Positions 1 to 10,368 of a DNA stretch of 64,000 bases are shown here, in pieces. Position numbers and translations under genes: made by a program. Below the pieces are notes generated by a model. The model was not told the origin of the DNA, did no database searches, and saw only the letters and a program-made list of their open reading frames with translations. Each line of letters opens with the position of its first letter. The stretch's first letter is position 1. The stretch covers positions 96,001-160,000 of the forward strand of contig CAVTRY010000014.1 of NCBI GenBank assembly GCA_963737265.1, in the 5' to 3' direction. Origin of the DNA: an uncultured delta proteobacterium. GTDB taxonomy: Bacteria; Myxococcota_A; Polyangia; Fen-1088.

Positions 1-1558
1 CTTCGAGTATGTGAAGAACGCCGCCGATCCCAGGTGTGACGAGACCTTCAACCCGGCGATTCGCATGCGTGAAGTTAAAGCCGCTAATCTTCAGGTACTT
101 GTCGTTCCATGATACCAAGGTCGTCGTCTCTCGCTGGGATCTTCGCTCCCGAAGTAGGCGGTAATAGGCTGACGAAAACCCCGGTCGCTGAGATGCCCTG
201 AGCGCGGCCATCTTCCTGTAGTTCAGGTACCCGTCGCCATTCTCGACGTAGTTGTCTTTGAATTCCCGGCACAGGTATCCCTTCACGTTGGGATTGTCTT
301 CGACCTGCATGGCGTAAATATCGCCGCGCTTAACGAAGGAAGCCCCCGCCCCGGGCGCCGCCGCCCAGACGTCGATATCGAAAAACGACACCACGGCAAC
401 CGGATACCCGCTGAGAAGCTCATCCTCGAACTTCCACTTCGCCATCGCCAAGGTCAGGTTCTCGTCGATGCGTTGCTCGACCTCGGGATGATGGGTCGGC
501 TTGTAGGCCGTCTGGACCAAGAAGAAGCTGTCCCTCGGGGCCTTGGCGCGCAGGCGAACCAGCGACTCGCGAGCGATGCTTTGCATGTGCGTGGTGGCGC
601 GGCAGCCCCAGATGTGCCAGCGCGCGGATGCCTCGATGGCATTGGCCAAATCCGGCCATCTGCCGGTGTTGGCGGGCAGAAAATCCTTGGGGCGGGCATC
701 GAAGTCGGCGGGATCACGGGCGCCGTGAGTGTTAGTCAAATCGTCGGTGTTGTACAAAATAGGGCCGCCCGGATACGAGTGGCTAAAGATGCCCACCTCT
801 CTGACCGAGAATCGGTTCCGCTTCGCCACGCTGTCTAGGTAGGCGTACAGGTTCGTGATCGAAACATCCCCTGGCGCCGGCTTGGCGTTGGGTCGCTTGG
901 CTCGCACGTTTGCGCGGGTTTCATCGAGAATCGAATGAAATACCCGCAGCCATTTACCCCCGCGGGCACGGACGAAAGTCGAGTGAGACACCCGGCGACA
1001 GGACAGAAGCGTGATCGGCGTGCCGGGATTCAGTCGTCCCGCGCCCCACAGCGTTTCCAGTCGGCCCAGCGCGAACAAGTCGAAGTCAGTCCCCGGCGGG
1101 TATTCATGGGTGTGCAGATTTTCGACGTCGCTCTCGTAGTCCACCCCGGCGATGAACACGACCTCCGATGCGTCGTACATCGACACCTGGAAAACGATTC
1201 TGACCACGACGATGGTTCCCTTGACCGTCAGCCGCTCAAGATGCGGGACGACGGTCAGTGCGAGCCCGCCCTCGGGCGATGCGGCGAACTCACCCGACGG
1301 AAGCTTCTTCAAGGCAAGAGGCTGAACCACTGGCGACTTGCCTTCCGCGCGAACCACAAGACGCCACGAACCCTCGGTCGCGGCGAGCGCGCCTTTTTCC
1401 TGGTAGCTGCCTGCGGCGCCGTGGCCGTGGGTGGGCGGCACTTCGGCGAATTGAAAGTGGGTGTGCTGCTTGGGATCGAAGGCAAAGAGCGCGACCTTGG
1501 CGCCGCTAATCGCGGCTCCTGAGGCGTCCCGAATCTGAACTATCCACTCTTGCTTCAC
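1..1558 (-). CDS. Hypothetical protein, >519 aa, runs off the window; possible caspase/hemoglobinase-fold His-Cys domain
   Basis: Hand translation from GTG at 1558 (VKQEWIVQIRDASG...) is open to position 1. It is absent from the ORF track, presumably because the stop lies outside the window. Contains GIFSHSYPGGPIL and WHIWGCRAT. Confidence 0.7.
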   Translation of the reverse strand, partial: MKQEWIVQIRDASGAAISGAKVALFAFDPKQHTHFQFAEVPPTHGHGAAGSYQEKGALAATEGSWRLVVRAEGKSPVVQPLALKKLPSGEFAASPEGGLALTVVPHLERLTVKGTIVVVRIVFQVSMYDASEVVFIAGVDYESDVENLHTHEYPPGTDFDLFALGRLETLWGAGRLNPGTPITLLSCRRVSHSTFVRARGGKWLRVFHSILDETRANVRAKRPNAKPAPGDVSITNLYAYLDSVAKRNRFSVREVGIFSHSYPGGPILYNTDDLTNTHGARDPADFDARPKDFLPANTGRWPDLANAIEASARWHIWGCRATTHMQSIARESLVRLRAKAPRDSFFLVQTAYKPTHHPEVEQRIDENLTLAMAKWKFEDELLSGYPVAVVSFFDIDVWAAAPGAGASFVKRGDIYAMQVEDNPNVKGYLCREFKDNYVENGDGYLNYRKMAALRASQRPGFSSAYYRLLRERRSQRETTTLVSWNDKYLKISGFNFTHANRRVEGLVTPGIGGVLHILE

Positions 1559-1625
1559 GTCGGCACCCAGTCATTTGATGGCTCACCTGATGGCTCACCG
1601 AACTTCTCCGGGTCTGGATCGGGTT

Positions 1626-2057
1626 CTAGGGAGGTTCTAGGGTAGCAATGACCTCGATGCCCTGGTCTTGCTGCACCTCGGGTTTATCCGCGGGCTTTAT
1701 CAACACAGCGAGGGCATTCAAGTCGCGGTCGCGGGCGATCACCTTGTTCTTCCACAATGGCACGTCGCGACCGTCGGTCGAGACCTGCAAGCTCGTAGGA
1801 TCGTTTTCGTTCAACCAGCGAAAGGCGACCCGGACCCGGCCGTCGTCGTGAGCTCCATTTCGGATCTCCTGGCGCTGCACGTCCCCTGTTACTGTCAGGC
1901 CCAAGGTGAGATCGTCGGGCAATTCCGCGGCCACGCTCTCGTCCCACTCCAGCTCAAGCAATACCTGCGGTCGCAGGATGATTATCTTGTGGTGCTCGCC
2001 GGTCTCAAGCTGGATACCGGCCCGCATTTGCTCGATCGTTACTCGGTGTATCTTCAT
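1626..2057 (-). CDS. Hypothetical protein (143 aa)
   Basis: ORF with protein-like composition and GGTGAG RBS before ATG; same strand as, and just upstream of, the 1-1558 ORF. Confidence 0.65.
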   Translation of the reverse strand: MKIHRVTIEQMRAGIQLETGEHHKIIILRPQVLLELEWDESVAAELPDDLTLGLTVTGDVQRQEIRNGAHDDGRVRVAFRWLNENDPTSLQVSTDGRDVPLWKNKVIARDRDLNALAVLIKPADKPEVQQDQGIEVIATLEPP

Positions 2058-2173
2058 GGCTCACCCACTGGACAACTTCCGACTCTGGCGCGTGACCCTA
2101 TCACGCACACTATCGCCCAGCACGGCTCTTCGGGATGCGGTTCCTGAAGGCCGGTTTCGCCCGACAAGGGCCT

Positions 2174-2350
2174 ATGTCCACGGTGCCTGCCTCGCCCGAA
2201 ACCCGCGCCAGGCTCAAGGCCTTGGCCGAGCAGTCAGTGCCACGCGATGAATGGCGTCGTCGGTTGGCTATCCCGTTGTTGCCAGAAGAAATCGAGCATA
2301 CCCAGGCCCCTGGTACGCTGGGGTTCCGCCGGCGTTACCCCACGGTCGGA
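2174..2350 (+). pseudogene. Truncated remnant of a small hypothetical protein
   Basis: MSTVPASPETRARLKALAEQSVPRDEWRRRLAIPLLPEEIEHTQA(L)VRW(F)RRRYPT, read through homopolymer indels; abuts the converging GH12 remnant. Confidence 0.35.
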
Positions 2351-2376
2351 GAGTCGCAGGACCTTCCGGCCGGCTG

Positions 2377-2575
2377 CTACTGGACGTTGGCGCAGAACTG
2401 CTTGACTTGAAGTCCGTCGCCGCCGCCCCAGACCTCGAAGCCGGCGAAGATGATGCTGAGGTACATGCTGGGGGGTGATGCCGTACTTGTTCCTGACGGC
2501 GTCTTGGATAAAGGCATTGAGGTCGAAGCTTAGCTGCGCTAGCAGTGCGCCGCTGACCACATAGGATATACACGG
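2377..2575 (-). pseudogene. C-terminal remnant of a GH12-like glycoside hydrolase
   Basis: After removing one extra C it reads CISYVVSGALLAQLSFDLNAFIQDAVRNKYGITPSMYLSIIFAGFEVWGGGDGLQVKQFCANVQ*, resembling the GH12 C-terminal 'YL..v.AGFEpW.GG' acid/base motif. No N-terminal part is present. Confidence 0.55.
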
Positions 2576-2718
2576 TTCGAGGCGGCAGCTCTAAGAATTC
2601 CATCGCACGCACCTATGGCACGTTTGGACGATGGCGCAGCGGCGATTGGCCAAAGAGAAGGTCCGGAACAGCCTTGAGGCCGTCCGGTGCGCGAACCGGC
2701 CCTCGGCTACTTCCTCAT

Positions 2719-3819
2719 CTATTCCTTGGCGCTGAACTGCTCCTCCTTCTCGTCGGGCTTGGCGGCGGCGCCGAACTTGCCGGCCAGGTAGGCCTTGGCC
2801 ATGTCGTCGAGCGACACGACGGGAACCTTGGCGGCGTGGCCGGCCTGGCCGAACTGCTTCATGCGCTCTTCGCACACCTTCTGCATGGCAGCGCGCGCCG
2901 GGGTCAGGTAGTAGCGCGGGTCAAACTCGGCTGGCTTCTCGGCGAACGCCTTGCGGATGGCGCCGGTAATGGCCAGGCGGTTGTCGGTGTCGACGTTGAT
3001 CTTGCGCACGCCAGCGCGGATGCCGCGCTGGATTTCCTCGACCGGCACGCCGTAGGTTTCCTTCATGGCGCCGCCGTGCTTGTTGATGATGGCGCAAAGC
3101 TCGGCTGGCACCGAGCTGGAGCCGTGCATGACCAGGTGGCAGCCCGGCAGCTTGGTGTGGATTTGCTCGATGCGCTTCATCGCCAGCACGTCGCCGGTGG
3201 GCTTGCGCGAGAACTTGTAGGCGCCGTGACTGGTGCCGACCGCGACCGCCAACGCGTCGAGGCCGGTGCGGCCGACGAAGTCGACGGCCTGATCGGGGTC
3301 GGTGAGGAGCTGGTCGAGCGACATCTTGCCCTCGGCGCCGTGCCCATCTTCTTTGTCGCCCATGCCGCTCTCGAGCGAACCCAGGCAGCCGAGCTCGCCT
3401 TCCACCGACACGCCAAAGCGGTGGGCAATGTTTACCACCTCGCGCGTCACCGCCACGTTGTATTCGTAAGCGGCCGGCGTCTTGCCGTCGGCTTCGAGCG
3501 AGCCATCCATCATGACGCTGGTGAAGCCGTAGCGGATCGCGCTCACGCAGGTCTCAACCGAGTTGCCGTGGTCCTGGTGCATGACGATAGGAAGCTCGGG
3601 GTAAAGCTCGGACGCGGCCAGCATCAGGTGGCGCAGAAAGTTGTCGTTGGTGTACTTGCGGGCGCCGCGCGAGGCCTGGACGATGACCGGGCTTTGCGTC
3701 GCGCGCGCGGCTTCCATGATTGCCTGGATCTGCTCCATGTTGTTGACGTTCAGGGCGGCGACCCCATAGCCATTCTGGGCGGCGTGATCGAGGAGGGGAC
3801 GAAGTGGAATCAGCGGCAT
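2719..3819 (-). CDS. fba: Class II fructose-bisphosphate aldolase (CbbA-type)
   Basis: [39 protein letters not shown] and KINVDTD motifs. Confidence 0.97.
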   Translation of the reverse strand: MPLIPLRPLLDHAAQNGYGVAALNVNNMEQIQAIMEAARATQSPVIVQASRGARKYTNDNFLRHLMLAASELYPELPIVMHQDHGNSVETCVSAIRYGFTSVMMDGSLEADGKTPAAYEYNVAVTREVVNIAHRFGVSVEGELGCLGSLESGMGDKEDGHGAEGKMSLDQLLTDPDQAVDFVGRTGLDALAVAVGTSHGAYKFSRKPTGDVLAMKRIEQIHTKLPGCHLVMHGSSSVPAELCAIINKHGGAMKETYGVPVEEIQRGIRAGVRKINVDTDNRLAITGAIRKAFAEKPAEFDPRYYLTPARAAMQKVCEERMKQFGQAGHAAKVPVVSLDDMAKAYLAGKFGAAAKPDEKEEQFSAKE

Positions 3820-4200
3820 AGAAGGAGCTCCAATCGATGAATTGGTTGGGTTGAATCCGAGACGAGCGCCTTGGTCCTACAACACGGATCGGGCGGTCGG
3901 TAGGCAGAAATGCGTCGAGAGTTTGGTTGGGCTTTGGGCAAGAGCCGCGACGTCGATACCGGCGTTGCAATTCCAGCTCGGCTTCTTCGTCTTGAAACCC
4001 AGGTGGGGTAGATTGTGCCGCGTGAAGAATCCCGAACGGGGCAACGACGACAAGTTCCAAGCCTGGCTGGCGCGCCACCCAGGCACCGACCAACCGCTCG
4101 GAACCTTGGTGTCGAGAGATACGGTCGGCCGGGTTGCCCCATTTCTCGCGCAAAGTCCGGCGGCCAAGCGACGCGCGCGAAAGTCGAAAGATCAAGCGCT

Positions 4201-4560
4201 GTGATCGCAACAACCTGGTTGAAGTCGCCCGTGTTCGTGGTGGTGGCGACGCAATCGCTGTTCACCATCGGCGATCTCATGGCGCGCGCGAATATGCGCA
4301 AGCACGGGTTCACCGCGGCCGCGTTTCTGAACCTCGGTTTTCTGGCCTATTTCCTCATTCGGCAAGTCGCCATGTTCGGCCAGCTCTACGTTCTTGCCAC
4401 CGTGCCCATCGGCAAGACCATGGCGCTCTTCGGTGCCGTTTCCATCATTTTCGCCAACCTGCTCGGCGTCTTGCTCCTCGGCGACCTGCTGTCGCTGCGT
4501 TCCTACGCCGGCGTCGCCCTGGCTGTGCTCGCGTTCACGGTTATGAGCTTCGCGAAGTAA
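4201..4560 (+). CDS. Small EamA/SMR-like (DMT superfamily) membrane protein, ~119 aa
   Basis: Four hydrophobic segments ending ...LLGVLLLGDLLSLRSYAGVALAVLA; likely GTG start at 4201 within ORF 4015..4560. Confidence 0.7.
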   Translation: MIATTWLKSPVFVVVATQSLFTIGDLMARANMRKHGFTAAAFLNLGFLAYFLIRQVAMFGQLYVLATVPIGKTMALFGAVSIIFANLLGVLLLGDLLSLRSYAGVALAVLAFTVMSFAK

Positions 4561-4706
4561 ACCTCCCTAGCCGTGTGACGGTGGCATTCGGAGTCTTGCC
4601 GCCGACGAATTCGACCTGATCGATGTCCCTTCGTCTGTCTTGGAACGTGGGGTATCATCGCCGCGTTAGCGATTTTCCGCACATTCGCAGGCTCCCACGC
4701 GCCAAT

Positions 4707-4967
4707 ATGTCCACTCGATTTTTCACCAACCTCGGCAGCAACACACTCCTTGCCAAGCTTGAAGGCGTCTTTCACCACAACCCGGACATCGAGTGGTTCG
4801 ACGCCCTGGTCGGCTACCTGCGAGCGTCCGGCTATTTTGCGTTGCGCCCGCACCTTGAAAAGGTGCCACACGTGCGCATTCTCGTCGGAATCGATGTCGA
4901 TGAAATCGTCGCGGACTACCACAAGCGGGGACTCCTTTTCCTCGCCGACCCGGCCAGGCCGCCTTGA
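4707..4967 (+). pseudogene. N-terminal stub of a PLD-domain/SNF2-type helicase
   Basis: MSTRFFTN...FDALVGYLRASGYF...VRILVGIDVD resembles the N-terminus of large PLD-helicases found with R-M systems; ends after ~86 aa. Confidence 0.6.
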
Positions 4968-5605
4968 ACGATGAAGAGCTTGCGCTCAAGGACAGCTCGC
5001 TCAGCGTCTATCTGACCGAAGCGGTGAAGCAGGGTCTGGTTCACGACGCCGGGCGAGGGTGGTACTCGCGCCTCGCCGATCGCGTGGCGCTGGATCCCAA
5101 GCCCGTTGCCAGGCTGGTTCGCGCGGTCGAAAAGGCGTTCCCATTGCTCGACTTCACCGTCTGGAGCACGGCGCAGGTGAACCCGTGGATGCACCACTTG
5201 CTCGCGCAGCCCGTGGCGTTTCTGCACGCCCCGGCGGACACGCTGGAATCCATCGGAGAAGCACTGGTCGAGTTGAAATGGAACGTGGGGATCAATCCAC
5301 CGCCCAGCACCGCCGCCAAGAGCGTCGAGCCGAGCGAGAAGACCGTCGTCCTGCGCCCCACGCTGTCGAAACAGCCCATCGCTGAGGGTCGTCAGGCGCC
5401 GATCGAGAAGATTCTGGTGGACCTGATCGTGGAGGCCCCGCTGCTTTCGTTGATGGACAGTTCCGAGGCGCAAGCCGTTGTCCGGAACGTGCTTGACGTG
5501 CATCTAGCTAATATTGCTGCCATCCAACGCTATGCCGACTCGCGTCGCGTTGCCTTCGAAGCGATTAACCAACGCCACTCAATCGCCTCTAGTGGCGTTA
5601 GTTAA
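4964..5605 (+). CDS. DUF6577-like putative type IV TA antitoxin, probably N-terminally truncated
   Basis: wHTH-like SLSVYLTEAVKQGLVHDAGRGWYS, VWST..NPWMHH and IEKILVDL motifs; directly upstream of an AbiEii gene. Confidence 0.7.
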   Translation: MNDEELALKDSSLSVYLTEAVKQGLVHDAGRGWYSRLADRVALDPKPVARLVRAVEKAFPLLDFTVWSTAQVNPWMHHLLAQPVAFLHAPADTLESIGEALVELKWNVGINPPPSTAAKSVEPSEKTVVLRPTLSKQPIAEGRQAPIEKILVDLIVEAPLLSLMDSSEAQAVVRNVLDVHLANIAAIQRYADSRRVAFEAINQRHSIASSGVS

Positions 5606-5610
5606 TCGCT

Positions 5611-6728
5611 GTGTTTCAAGCCCAAGCCTTCACCGTCGAGTGGATCCGCGCCCAAGTGCAGGACGCTGGGAAATTGCGACCCCGGGATCCTTGAAAAGTG
5701 CGTTCACGCCCTGACCTTGCTCGGTCATCTGGCCGAAAGCGGCCTGCCGTTTCTTTTCAAGGGCGGCACCAGCCTACTCCTGCACCTGCCCGAACCACGT
5801 CGCCTCTCGCGCGACATCGACATCGTGTGTGGCCAGCCAACGCACGAGGTCGACACCGTGGTGGTGCGGATCGGTGGGCGGGCTCCATTTCTGCGCTGGG
5901 CGGAAGACCCGCGCGGGGGCGCGCGGCTGCCACGGCGGCGGCACTTCAAATTCTTCTACCGATCCGCGCTGCCGGGGAATCCCGAGACCGAGGTCTTGCT
6001 CGATGTGGTCGAGGAATCGCGCGAAACCCATGAGGTCGTGAGCCTTCCCATCCGCACCAGCTTTCTGCGGCCAGAGCGAGAAGTGGCTCGTGCGCATCCC
6101 GACCATCGAAAGCCTGCTCGGCGACAAGTTGACCGCGTTCGCCCCATCCACGACCGGAATACCACTGCGCAACGCCGATGGGTCGGAGGCCGACGTGCAG
6201 CAGGTTGCCAAGCAGCTTTTCGACGTCGGTGCGCTGTTCGATGCAGCCAGCGACTTCGTCGTAGCGGACAAGGTTCACGCCGCTGTGTGCGCTCTCGACG
6301 CAGAGTACCGAGAATCGCGGCCGACACGCGAGCAAGCCCTCGACGACACATGGCGAGCCTGCCTTGCGATGACGGCGACCAAGCCAGCGATTTGCGCGGG
6401 GTATCCAGATGGGCCGCTGCTACACGCAGGGCTCGACCGCATGAGAGGGCACCTTATCGAACCGAAATATGTGGCGGGCCAGGCCGCTCGTCAGAAATTG
6501 GCCGCGAAAGCGGCGGTGCTGGTGGCCCACATGCGCTCAGGCGCCATGTTCGACTTTGCGGCCAATCGGTACACCGGCAGCTCTACCCAGTTGGATGCCG
6601 TGCGGGCAGCAACTCTCAACGGCACCGATCTCGCTTGGCTCGACAAGATGAAGACGGTTAACCCTGAAGCGTTTCATTACTGGCATCGGGCCGTGCTTGT
6701 ATTCAAGGCAACGAGTTTTGGCAAATAG
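5611..6728 (+). CDS. AbiEii/AbiGii-family nucleotidyltransferase toxin (two +1 frameshifts near 5652 and 6085, likely sequencing errors)
   Basis: Reconstructed MFQAQAFTVEWIRAKCRTLGNCDPGILEKCVHALTLL; FKGGTSL and RLSRDIDI in ORF 5717; ESLLGDKLTAFAP and KQLFDV in ORF 6090. Confidence 0.8.
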
Positions 6729-6733
6729 ATGCA

Positions 6734-7402
6734 TCACTTGTGGCTGGCCATCCCCACATACACGACATGAACTCGTCCACCTTGGCCGCTCCGGTGGCGC
6801 TGGACGGAGAAGCCGGCGGCGGCGAGTCGGTCCTCGAAGGCGCGGTCGCGCTCTTCGGACCAGACGGCAAAGGCGCCGCCGGGCCGCAGCGCCGACGACG
6901 TGCGCGCGAGAGCGTCGGCGCCATACAGCGGATCGCGGGCGCTGTTGGTCGCGGCGTGCGGGCCCTCGTAGAGATCGAGGACGATGGCGTCGAAGTGGCC
7001 GGCGGGCGCGCGCGCGATCGCCTGCGCCACATCGGCCACGACGATCTTCACGCGCGGATCCTCGACCGCTTTCCGGGTCAGGAAGGCGAGCGGTCCGCGG
7101 TTCCACTCGACGAGCGGGCGGTTCAGATCCACCACTGTGAGCCGCGCGCCGGCCGGCAAACGGTCGAGGGCCGTGCGCAGGGTGAAGCCCATGCCGAGAC
7201 CGCCCAGTAGCACCTTCGGTCGCGGCTTGTCGGCCAGTGCGGCACAGGCGAGGCTGGCAAGCTCGTCTTCCGAGCGGTGCGCGGCGCTGGTCATGAGAAT
7301 CCGGCCGGCGATGGTGATGAGGAAATCTCGGTCGCCGCGACGGCGCAGTTCCATGATGCCTTCGCGGGTCTGCACGCTTTCGATGATTTGCCAGGGGAGC
7401 AC
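6734..7402 (-). CDS. Spermidine-synthase-like class I SAM-dependent methyltransferase
   Basis: VLLGGLGMGFT SAM motif, FDAIVLDLYEGP, LRPGG; likely GTG start at 7402. Confidence 0.85.
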   Translation of the reverse strand: MLPWQIIESVQTREGIMELRRRGDRDFLITIAGRILMTSAAHRSEDELASLACAALADKPRPKVLLGGLGMGFTLRTALDRLPAGARLTVVDLNRPLVEWNRGPLAFLTRKAVEDPRVKIVVADVAQAIARAPAGHFDAIVLDLYEGPHAATNSARDPLYGADALARTSSALRPGGAFAVWSEERDRAFEDRLAAAGFSVQRHRSGQGGRVHVVYVGMASHK

Positions 7403-7502
7403 GGCCGTGACTCTACCTGACCGGCGAGCACCGAAGCACGGATCTCTCGCGGACGCACGCATGGGTTTGATCCGGAGCCGTTCCCTGGTAGCAGTAGGGG
7501 CG

Positions 7503-10292
7503 ATGTCGTCTCCCAAAATGTCCGCGGTCGTGTTTCGTGCCGCGGTATTCGCCGGACTTCTGGTCGGTATCGTCGATGGCGTGCGCGCCGCTGCGCTCGG
7601 GCACCTGCGCGTCCTTGGGCTGCTCGCCTGTTTGATTCTGACCGCCGGTTGCGATGTGCTGGCGGCGGCAGCGGGTGGCGCGGTCCTGGCGTTGCTGCTA
7701 GGAATAGCGGGTTGGGGACGGAAGACGAAGGCCGGCGCGCTCGGCGCCGTTGCCGGTTGGCTAGTCGCGGGGGGCGCGGCTGCCACCGCGGTCGCGGCGG
7801 CAGTTCAAGGAACCGCCGTGCGCAACAACCGTTTCCTCGCCGCGGGCGTGGTGGTGTTGGCTTCGCTGGTTGCGGCGCTGGCGGCTTGTTTCTTGGGGCC
7901 GGCGCTGGTCCGCCTGTGCCACCGTTTTCTTCACCTCCGGGCGAAGGCCGAGCTCCAGGATGCACACCTGAGCGCGGCCGGAATTCTCGTGCTTGCTCCG
8001 TTGGTAGCCGTCGCCGTGGAAGCCACCGTGTTTTTCGTCGTGTGGCGCACGCGCGCGCCCTTGCGCCAGGACGTCCTACTTGCACGAGAGGCTTGGGCCG
8101 CGTGTCTGACCACGCCTCTTCCGTTCTTGCTTTCCTGGACCAGCGCTCGCTTTTCCCGCGTGCGCTGGTGGCAAGGCGCGCTGGTCGCAGCCATTCTCTT
8201 CGGCGCACCAACCGCCTCTCTCGTTCGCTTGCGCTGGGCGCAGGATTTTCAGTTCTTGCCTTGGCCGATCGTGGTCGCTGTCGCCAGCATGGCCATCGTC
8301 ACCGCTGGCCTCTCGGTTCTTCTTCGCGACCGCACGCCAAGCCGAAAGTGGAATCTCATTGTGGTTGCCGGCCTGCCAATTTTCGCCCTCATCGCGCTCT
8401 TCACTGCATCGGAATACGAACCCGCGCGCAAGGCGGCTTCGGCGCGGGCCGGTCTCGTCGGCGACTTCCTTGCCAACGGCCAGCGCTTGTTCGACTTCGA
8501 CCACGACGGCTATGCACGCTTTCTCGGCGGCGGCGACTGCGACGACCGCGATCCCGGACGCAACCCCGGCGCCACCGATTGGCCCGACGACGGAATCGAC
8601 CAGGACTGCGACGGCAAGGACGCCACCGCCGCGGTCCTGCGCTCGCCGCCGTTCGAGCCCGTGCCCAACGCGGTTCCCGCCGATTTGAAGATCCTTCTTG
8701 TCACCATTGATACCCTGCGCGCGGATCACTTGGGTTGCTACGGTTATGCGCGGCCCACCTCGCCCAACCTCGATCGCTTGGCTGGCGAGGCAACGTTGTT
8801 CGTGAACGGCTGGGCCCACGCCCCGTCCACGCGCTATTCGATGCCCGCCATCGCCACCGGCCGCTGGCCGTCGGCTATCGAATGGGACGAATCGATCTGG
8901 TGGCCGCGCATCGCGCCCAGCCAGCGCATGATCGCCCAGTCTTTCAAGAGTCTCGGCTACACCACGGCGGCTTTCTACGCCTATCTCTACTTCAACCTCG
9001 CCGATAGGCGCGGCTACGAGCGCGGGGTCGACTACTACGACGACACCTGCGCGGCCTTGCATATGAACGTCAGCGGCCCGGCTGAGTCAGTTGGGACATC
9101 GGCCCGGCAGATGGCGGACAAGGGCATCGCCTTCCTGCGCGCGCACGGGCAGGAGAAATTCTTTCTGTGGATGCACTTCTACGATCCGCACCTCAACTAC
9201 GAGCGCCACGCCGAGGCGCCCAACTTCGGCGCTGCGCAGGCCGACCTCTACGACGGCGAAATCTGGTTCACCGATCAGCAATTCGGCCGAGTGCTCGACG
9301 AATTGCGCGCGCTTGGGCTGTGGGACAAGACCGCCATCATCGTGGTCGGCGACCACGGCGAGTCGTTGGGCGAGCACGGCATCGTGGCCCACGGCTACCA
9401 TTTGTATTCGCCCCACACCAAGGTGCCGTTCATCGTCCGCGTGCCAGGACTGCCGAGCCAGCGGCTGACCACGCCGGTCGGCCATGTCGACCTGGCCCCG
9501 ACCATGGTGAATCTGGCGCGCGGCCCGCACGAACCGTCTTTCCTCGGCCGCTCGCTCGTCGACCTCCTGGCCGGCAAGCCGGCGCCGCCCCCCCGAGGTC
9601 CCGTTTTTCAGGAGGTCAGCTACGAGGGCAACGTCAAGCGGCGGGCTCTGGTGACGGCGACCCATCACCTTATCTGGAACTGGACGCCAGACAACACCAC
9701 CGAATGCTACGACATCCTTCACGATCCCGGCGAGACGAAAGATCTCTGGGGTACAGCCGATGGCGAGCCCGTCTGTTCGCAATTGAAAGAAGACCTGCGC
9801 AGTCGGGTTGCCCTGCTGTCGCTCCCACCGGGCTACAGCGAAAAAGTTGCCTTCGGGTTCATTCCCGCGGGATCGCCCGTGCCGGCGCCTGCCCAGGCAA
9901 TCGATGCGCGCATCGGTTCCGCCCTGCACGTCTCGGGCTACGACCTTTCTTCGCAGACGGTTCGGCGCGGCGACAGCGTCGAGCTTGTCACGCACTTCGA
10001 GGTGCGCGGTGCCATCGAACCGGGCTGGAAGTTGTTCTTTCACATGGACGGCCCAGGCGGCTTCCGCAACCTCGACCACGTTCCTGTCGAAGGCGCCTAC
10101 CCCATGGAGCGCTGGCACCCTGGCCAGCGCATTCGCGACCGCCTGCACATCACATTTCCGCCGACGTCGCCCGCTGGCGTGTACTCGGTCTACGTCGGCC
10201 TTTTCAAGGGCGGCCAGCGTTTGCCCGTTAGCCCCGCCGGTACCAGCGACAGCCACGACCGGCTGCGTCTGGCGACGATATTGGTGCAGTAG
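7503..10292 (+). CDS. Membrane-anchored sulfatase-like hydrolase/transferase (alkaline phosphatase superfamily)
   Basis: Multi-TM N-terminus; DCDD...PGA...DGIDQDCDG metal-binding motif; ILLVTIDTLRADH, HFYDPH and GDHGE...EHG motifs. Confidence 0.85.
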   Translation: MSSPKMSAVVFRAAVFAGLLVGIVDGVRAAALGHLRVLGLLACLILTAGCDVLAAAAGGAVLALLLGIAGWGRKTKAGALGAVAGWLVAGGAAATAVAAAVQGTAVRNNRFLAAGVVVLASLVAALAACFLGPALVRLCHRFLHLRAKAELQDAHLSAAGILVLAPLVAVAVEATVFFVVWRTRAPLRQDVLLAREAWAACLTTPLPFLLSWTSARFSRVRWWQGALVAAILFGAPTASLVRLRWAQDFQFLPWPIVVAVASMAIVTAGLSVLLRDRTPSRKWNLIVVAGLPIFALIALFTASEYEPARKAASARAGLVGDFLANGQRLFDFDHDGYARFLGGGDCDDRDPGRNPGATDWPDDGIDQDCDGKDATAAVLRSPPFEPVPNAVPADLKILLVTIDTLRADHLGCYGYARPTSPNLDRLAGEATLFVNGWAHAPSTRYSMPAIATGRWPSAIEWDESIWWPRIAPSQRMIAQSFKSLGYTTAAFYAYLYFNLADRRGYERGVDYYDDTCAALHMNVSGPAESVGTSARQMADKGIAFLRAHGQEKFFLWMHFYDPHLNYERHAEAPNFGAAQADLYDGEIWFTDQQFGRVLDELRALGLWDKTAIIVVGDHGESLGEHGIVAHGYHLYSPHTKVPFIVRVPGLPSQRLTTPVGHVDLAPTMVNLARGPHEPSFLGRSLVDLLAGKPAPPPRGPVFQEVSYEGNVKRRALVTATHHLIWNWTPDNTTECYDILHDPGETKDLWGTADGEPVCSQLKEDLRSRVALLSLPPGYSEKVAFGFIPAGSPVPAPAQAIDARIGSALHVSGYDLSSQTVRRGDSVELVTHFEVRGAIEPGWKLFFHMDGPGGFRNLDHVPVEGAYPMERWHPGQRIRDRLHITFPPTSPAGVYSVYVGLFKGGQRLPVSPAGTSDSHDRLRLATILVQ

Positions 10293-10368
10293 CCACCGGA
10301 GAACGCCCAGAAATCTATGGTTGACCGTCCACTTCCGCGCTAAAGCCCACGCTCGCACGAGAACAGCC

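Noticed and set aside
4022-4204. Small ORF whose stop overlaps the EamA-like start (GTGA)
   Set aside because: The overlap is suggestive, but there is no clear RBS or motif.
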